Shown here piece after piece: positions 59,390 through 64,000 of a DNA stretch of 64,000 bases (the first letter of the stretch is position 1; the number at the start of each line of letters is the position of its first letter). The position numbers and the translations under genes were made by a program. A model generated the notes under the pieces. The model did no database searches and was not told the DNA's origin. It worked only from the letters and a program-made list of their open reading frames with translations. The stretch spans positions 318,268 through 382,267 of the forward strand of contig OY969569.1 of the NCBI GenBank assembly GCA_963701185.1. The letters are read 5' to 3'. The stretch is from Candidatus Gottesmanbacteria bacterium. Its GTDB lineage: Bacteria > Patescibacteriota > Microgenomatia > UBA10105 > UBA927.

Positions 59390-59426
59390 TGCCCCTCCGA
59401 TTACATCGGGGTTGAGCTACAGGAGC
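59390..59426 (-). repeat. Duplicated 5' end of tRNA-Arg with a hairpin at the D-loop position
   Basis: GCTCCTGTAGCTCAAC (14/16 identity to the tRNA-Arg 5' end), then CCGAT-GTA-ATCGG, then a GGGCA remnant of the D-stem. Confidence 0.7.
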
Positions 59427-59431
59427 CGCTG

Positions 59432-59503
59432 AGCGGCATAGGGGAATCGAACCCCTCACATCAACTTTGGAAAAGTTGCGTTCTACCAATGAACTAATGC
59501 CGC
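59432..59503 (-). tRNA. tRNA-Gly(UCC)
   Basis: GCGGCAT/ATGCCGC acceptor stem; CAACT-TTTCCAA-AGTTG anticodon arm. Confidence 0.93.
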
Positions 59504-59524
59504 ACTCATGCTATTATACCAAAT

Positions 59525-61219
59525 ATGATCGCAGTCCTCTTATTTCTTTTTGCGTTTGTCTTTCCGCCCAAGGCCTATGCCCTCTATAACCCCACGAGTG
59601 TGCCGAATAACAAATACGGTATCCATATTGTCGATACCAATAACATTGCCGACGTCGTGCCGCTCGTCAACAGCACGGGCGGAAACTGGGGGTACGTCAC
59701 GATGGTCTTATCCGACTCCGAACGCGATCACGACCGCTGGCAGAATATGTTTAACCAGATGCGCCGCGCACATCTCATTCCGATTGTGCGCCTGGCGACA
59801 CACGTTGAGGGAAAAGCCTGGGTAAAGCCGAATAAAGACAGGTTCTACGAGCTTGTCAAGTTACTCAACAGTCTGAACTGGCCCACGGAAAACCGCTACG
59901 TCATCCTCTACAACGAGCCCAACCATGCCAATGAATGGGGAGGAGAAATCAATCCGGAAGAGTACGCAGATTACCTTGTGACATTTGCGTCCGCGCTTAA
60001 AAGCGCCAATAGTGATTTTTTCATCCTGCCGGCGGGACTTGATGCCTCGGCAGGTGACGACGAAGCCATGGATGAGGGTGAATATCTCAAGCGCATGATC
60101 GCAGCAAAACCGGAAATTCTTACGCTCATTGACGGCTGGACGAGCCACAGCTACCCCAATCCCGGTTTTTCCGGGTCGCCCTGGGCCCGCGGCCGCGGAA
60201 CGCTCACCACCTATCAATGGGAACTTTCCTACCTTTCTTCACTGGGACTCACGAGGCAATTGCCGGTATTTATCACGGAAACAGGCTGGCAGCACAGTGA
60301 AGGGAAATCGTACGCCGGGGGTTTACTTTCAACTGACCAGGTAGGCGCAAATTTACTCATCGCAGCCAAAAACGTCTGGAGCGACACGAATATTGCGGCT
60401 GTCACCCCGTTTCTTTTTAGCTATCAGGACGTACCGTTTGATCATTTCTCCTTTAAACAACTGGGCAGTGATTCTTTTTATAGCCAATATTATGCCTATC
60501 AGGCAATCGCAAAAATAAAAGGCACGCCCACACAGCGCGAGTCGTATACGCTGACAACGGATTTTCTGCCCAAAACGCTTGTATCCGGCTCCACCTATAC
60601 GCTGACGGGGTCTGTGAAAAACGAAGGGCAGGGGATACTCGATCCGAAAGATGGGTATGAACTTGTTCTATCTGATAACTTTCCTATATTTATCGACCCA
60701 TTACCTCTGGTTGAACCCGGTAGTTCAGGCGCGATATCAATCCATCTGAAAACCCCAAACCAAACCGGTACGTTTGCCGTAAACGTGGCACTGCGGCATA
60801 ACGGAAAGGATATGCTCCTTGAGCACAGGGATATTACCCTCCTGCCCCCGCCGTCGGTCGCGATTCATGCAAACCTCGGATGGAGAAAGACAAGCGACGC
60901 CGGAGACGTCACCGTGCTTCTCTATGACAACCATACCCTTCTGCAAAAATTTACCGGATTATCCATGAAAAACGGGGTTGTGCGGGCTGAAAAACTCACC
61001 AACGTTATTCCGGGCAATCCGTACCGCATCGTCACGCTCGTTCACGGATATTTGCCGCGGCAGACAATCACTGCACTCGGTCCGGAAATGACGACGCTGT
61101 ACCCGAATCGTTTTCTCCCCTTAGATTTCAACAATGACGGAGCATTTACACTTGCGGATCTCATAGCGCTATCCCTGGTTCCGCCATGGACGGCAACCCT
61201 TCGCTTCTTCGGCCCGTAA
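59525..61219 (+). CDS. Secreted clan GH-A-like glycoside hydrolase with C-terminal Ig-like domains
   Basis: Signal peptide, YNEPN acid/base, HSYP, FITETGW nucleophile; terminal DFNNDG..LAD loop. Confidence 0.75.
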   Translation: MIAVLLFLFAFVFPPKAYALYNPTSVPNNKYGIHIVDTNNIADVVPLVNSTGGNWGYVTMVLSDSERDHDRWQNMFNQMRRAHLIPIVRLATHVEGKAWVKPNKDRFYELVKLLNSLNWPTENRYVILYNEPNHANEWGGEINPEEYADYLVTFASALKSANSDFFILPAGLDASAGDDEAMDEGEYLKRMIAAKPEILTLIDGWTSHSYPNPGFSGSPWARGRGTLTTYQWELSYLSSLGLTRQLPVFITETGWQHSEGKSYAGGLLSTDQVGANLLIAAKNVWSDTNIAAVTPFLFSYQDVPFDHFSFKQLGSDSFYSQYYAYQAIAKIKGTPTQRESYTLTTDFLPKTLVSGSTYTLTGSVKNEGQGILDPKDGYELVLSDNFPIFIDPLPLVEPGSSGAISIHLKTPNQTGTFAVNVALRHNGKDMLLEHRDITLLPPPSVAIHANLGWRKTSDAGDVTVLLYDNHTLLQKFTGLSMKNGVVRAEKLTNVIPGNPYRIVTLVHGYLPRQTITALGPEMTTLYPNRFLPLDFNNDGAFTLADLIALSLVPPWTATLRFFGP

Positions 61220-61245
61220 CACAAAAATGATATAATGTGCCTATT

Positions 61246-61318
61246 GGTGACGTGTGCCGGACGGTTAGGCACCTCCCTGTGGAGGAGGCCATAACGGGTT
61301 CAACTCCCGTACGTCACC
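61246..61318 (+). tRNA. tRNA-His(GUG)
   Basis: G-1 plus GTGACGT/ACGTCAC-C acceptor; CCTCC-CTGTGGA-GGAGG anticodon arm; TGATATAAT promoter just upstream. Confidence 0.88.
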
Positions 61319-61408
61319 CAAAAATACAAATATACTAAATAGGCTTTTAGAACAACCTAAATAGCTATTGATTGTTGGTTAATAACCGTGTAATATAGAG
61401 ACATAAAC

Positions 61409-61442
61409 GCCTCGTCTATGCGTAAGCCCGACGAGGTTTTTT
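61409..61442 (+). terminator. Rho-independent terminator-like hairpin
   Basis: GCCTCGTC...GACGAGGT followed by a T run. Confidence 0.55.
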
Positions 61443-61535
61443 GATGCGCTTATTCAGCAGGGAATCGAGAAGTTGTGTCTATTTTAAAATAAACCAGACC
61501 ACTCCAGTGCGACGAATGTGACATGCTGTGGAATG

Positions 61536-61802
61536 TTATACTATCTCAGCGTCTTCAAATCCTGCGGGCGGAGTAGTTTCATGATAAGTAAATCTAACTT
61601 TATGAACGGGCGTTTCCTGCATACGTGGTCCTCCCATAGCTATAAAAGTTGCACTCGCAATATTTGCCGCCGTATTGAATGCCGTCCTAGCTTTATGAGC
61701 AGCTACGGCGTTAAGTAATTTATCCATTTCTCCGGGAGCTGCTGGTTCATGTCCAGTTTTCCACTGTGCTCCACATCCTTTACATTCTGCTGCTGGTGCC
61801 AT
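61536..61802 (-). CDS. Small hypothetical protein (CxxC)
   Basis: AAGGAG RBS, 88 aa, N-terminal CKGC. Confidence 0.55.
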   Translation of the reverse strand: MAPAAECKGCGAQWKTGHEPAAPGEMDKLLNAVAAHKARTAFNTAANIASATFIAMGGPRMQETPVHKVRFTYHETTPPAGFEDAEIV

Positions 61803-61931
61803 AGTTTTTTCTCCTTTAGGGTATTAAAGCGATCTTTCTGGAAAAAGCAACACAACCGGTTCTAACTGGCTATCACCGAGGACCCAAAATAATCCCTTGC
61901 CCGCCCTCACCCTCTGCCATACAATGGATAC

Positions 61932-63272
61932 GTGACGTGGCACACCCTGATTAAAATATTTCTTATCGCGCTTTTGGTGCGTATTTTGTATTCCCTTGCG
62001 GCGCCGGCAATATATTTTAACGTGGATACGGAGGGCTATTACAACATAGGCATGGCTTTGTTTACCCATCCTTCGCTAGGCACTCTGATCACACCATATC
62101 GGACTCCGGCATATCCGATATTTCTCAACACAATCATGTACATGTTTGGCATAGGCGGTGTTCCATTCGGGTCACCCGCGTTCGTATGGGGTGCACAGTT
62201 TATCGTTGCCATACAAATGGTGGTAGGTTCTGCCGCATTCACGGCTTTCTCTCATGTACTATCACGTCTAATTCCCAAACGCACAGCTTGGTTGTTTGCC
62301 GTTTTTTTATTGTTTGACGTATTTGTCATCGGATGGGAACGCACACTCTTAACACAGGGGTTAGCGATTTCCGTCTCTCTCTTTATTACCGCCACACTTT
62401 TTCATATTCTTCTGCGGCCCACGGGGAATAAATTCTTCCTGCTATTTTTCTTCAGTACGCTCGGATTTTTCGTTCGACCCCAGTTCTTTGTCTTCCCGGT
62501 TGTCTCCATTCCACTCGTGGCATGGTATTTCCGGAAAAACGGGCGTATTATTTTTTTTGCCTGCCTCACGCTCGCAGCGACTGCAGTCATTCCGCTTATG
62601 TATGCTCGTATCAACTACATACAGTATAAATATTTCGGCCTTCAATTCGGAGGAGACATTGCTATATTAGGCCGTATTCTTGAGTTTCATGTCCCGATAG
62701 ATTCTGCCAAAACCAATACATATTTTTATACGACGGTCAGCGATTCCCGGGCCACAAACCGCATCACCATGCCCTTCCGGTTTCTCGAACAGTATGATCC
62801 CGCAATCTACGGAAAACCAGAGCGGCTCGTTCAACTGCAGGCATTCAATCAGACCGTGATCTTCCACACCTTCCCGCTTTTCGCGATAAAGGCACTGGGG
62901 ACCATTCCGGAAATACTCTTGGAGGTGTGCGACTTTACACTCGTACCGGCTCATAGCACATATCTTCTCACGCGCATTGTGTGGCTATTACAACAAGCGT
63001 ACGGGTTAGGTCAATATACAACCCTCGCTGTGCCTTTTTTGTGGATACCCATGGGAATTCTTTTTTTGGTAAAGCCGACGCGATGGAACGCAGTTATTGC
63101 TATAACCGGCACCATTGCTATGACTCAAATAATCTTAACAGCATTGACAATGTATAAAGATATCGGCGGACAATATGCACGAATTATTTCCCTTATCCGC
63201 CCGCACCTGTTTCTCTTTCTTCTCTTGTGCGCGGTAACCTGCATACGGATGTATCGAAAACGTCAGATCTGA
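61932..63272 (+). CDS. Multi-pass membrane protein, probable GT-C glycosyltransferase
   Basis: DTEGY loop, YRTPAYPIF, ERTLLTQ and RP motifs; many TM helices. Confidence 0.7.
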   Translation: MTWHTLIKIFLIALLVRILYSLAAPAIYFNVDTEGYYNIGMALFTHPSLGTLITPYRTPAYPIFLNTIMYMFGIGGVPFGSPAFVWGAQFIVAIQMVVGSAAFTAFSHVLSRLIPKRTAWLFAVFLLFDVFVIGWERTLLTQGLAISVSLFITATLFHILLRPTGNKFFLLFFFSTLGFFVRPQFFVFPVVSIPLVAWYFRKNGRIIFFACLTLAATAVIPLMYARINYIQYKYFGLQFGGDIAILGRILEFHVPIDSAKTNTYFYTTVSDSRATNRITMPFRFLEQYDPAIYGKPERLVQLQAFNQTVIFHTFPLFAIKALGTIPEILLEVCDFTLVPAHSTYLLTRIVWLLQQAYGLGQYTTLAVPFLWIPMGILFLVKPTRWNAVIAITGTIAMTQIILTALTMYKDIGGQYARIISLIRPHLFLFLLLCAVTCIRMYRKRQI

Positions 63273-63284
63273 TATACTTAACGC

Positions 63285-64000
63285 ATGGAATTATCACCGG
63301 TCGTCAAAGCGCTCCTGGCTGCATTTGAAAAAAAGAATCCCTCTTCCCGCGAAGGGCATCATCTTAACGTCTCTAAAACAATTTCGATTTTGGCGCGTAT
63401 TTATGAAAAAGCCAGAAACGCTGTTGAATTCCGCGCGGAACATCTAGTACGGCGCGCTTCCATTGAACGGATTCTTAAGCGGCGGATTATGCTGGGCGGC
63501 GGGGACAATGACATGGCCGAAAACCTTGTCGTAGAACTCCTCTGGGCCAGGTATATCGACAGCGCGCTTATTGATAACGGAAAAATCGCTGAAATTGACG
63601 CGATCATCAAACGGTATTTGCTCCTTAAGCGGGATTCATTCCGTTCAGCAGGAAAAAACGGCGGGGTGGAATGGGAGACGATCATGGGGCTTCTATCCTC
63701 GGAAATCGAGGACGCCCTTGTATCCGGCAAAAAACGCGAGGCACTCAACAACTTTGTCTATCAGGCCCTGCGGCCGAAAGTGCATATTGCCGACGGGGAC
63801 GAACGCTATGTTAATATGCAGACGTATATTGCCGTGGAACGGGCGTTCGCCCAATCGGATGACGCACTGGTCACCTACGAGCTCATGAAGATGATCCAGC
63901 CGTCGTGGTTTGGCCTCGCTGCAGATAAGGCCGCAACGGAATTTCCGCTTCTCTTACAAAATATACGGCTGGTCAAAACAAGCCTGCGTGATCCGGCGGG
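63285..64000 (+). CDS. Hypothetical protein, truncated by the window end
   Basis: Open frame MELSPVVK...YEKARNAVEFRAEHLVRRASIERILKRR to the edge; TGATATACT 6 nt before the ATG. Confidence 0.75.
   Translation, partial: MELSPVVKALLAAFEKKNPSSREGHHLNVSKTISILARIYEKARNAVEFRAEHLVRRASIERILKRRIMLGGGDNDMAENLVVELLWARYIDSALIDNGKIAEIDAIIKRYLLLKRDSFRSAGKNGGVEWETIMGLLSSEIEDALVSGKKREALNNFVYQALRPKVHIADGDERYVNMQTYIAVERAFAQSDDALVTYELMKMIQPSWFGLAADKAATEFPLLLQNIRLVKTSLRDPA

Overview
This looks like a 64 kb chromosomal segment of a CPR/Patescibacteria genome, probably Microgenomates (inferred from gene content and compact architecture), using the standard genetic code. It carries secreted dockerin-tagged glycan enzymes, tdk, a dinB cassette, and metK behind a P4-less SAM-I-like riboswitch. 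It also carries rarA, a sugar-phosphate/gluconeogenic cluster (PMM, PGI/PMI, ppsA, eno, gpmI, FBP aldolase/phosphatase, acsA), lexA-uvrB-uvrA-uvrC, secG, a MacAB-type ABC system and 12 tRNAs. A decayed ~8.5 kb serine-recombinase element sits between tRNA-Val and tRNA-Leu(GAG). Five observations stand out. (1) A RAYT-type HUH transposase has seven copies of a 23-bp palindrome, four of them in or overlapping coding sequence, including two inside the transposase gene itself. (2) Two tRNA genes are preceded by a duplicated tRNA 5' end with a hairpin inserted at the D-loop, one with a GIY-YIG nuclease remnant in between. (3) The island's ATPase region shows what looks like C-to-A hypermutation. (4) The lexA and dinB-cassette promoters share a candidate direct-repeat LexA box. 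(5) The SAM riboswitch P1 helix overlaps the metK start codon. All calls are by-eye motif recognition; no searches were run.
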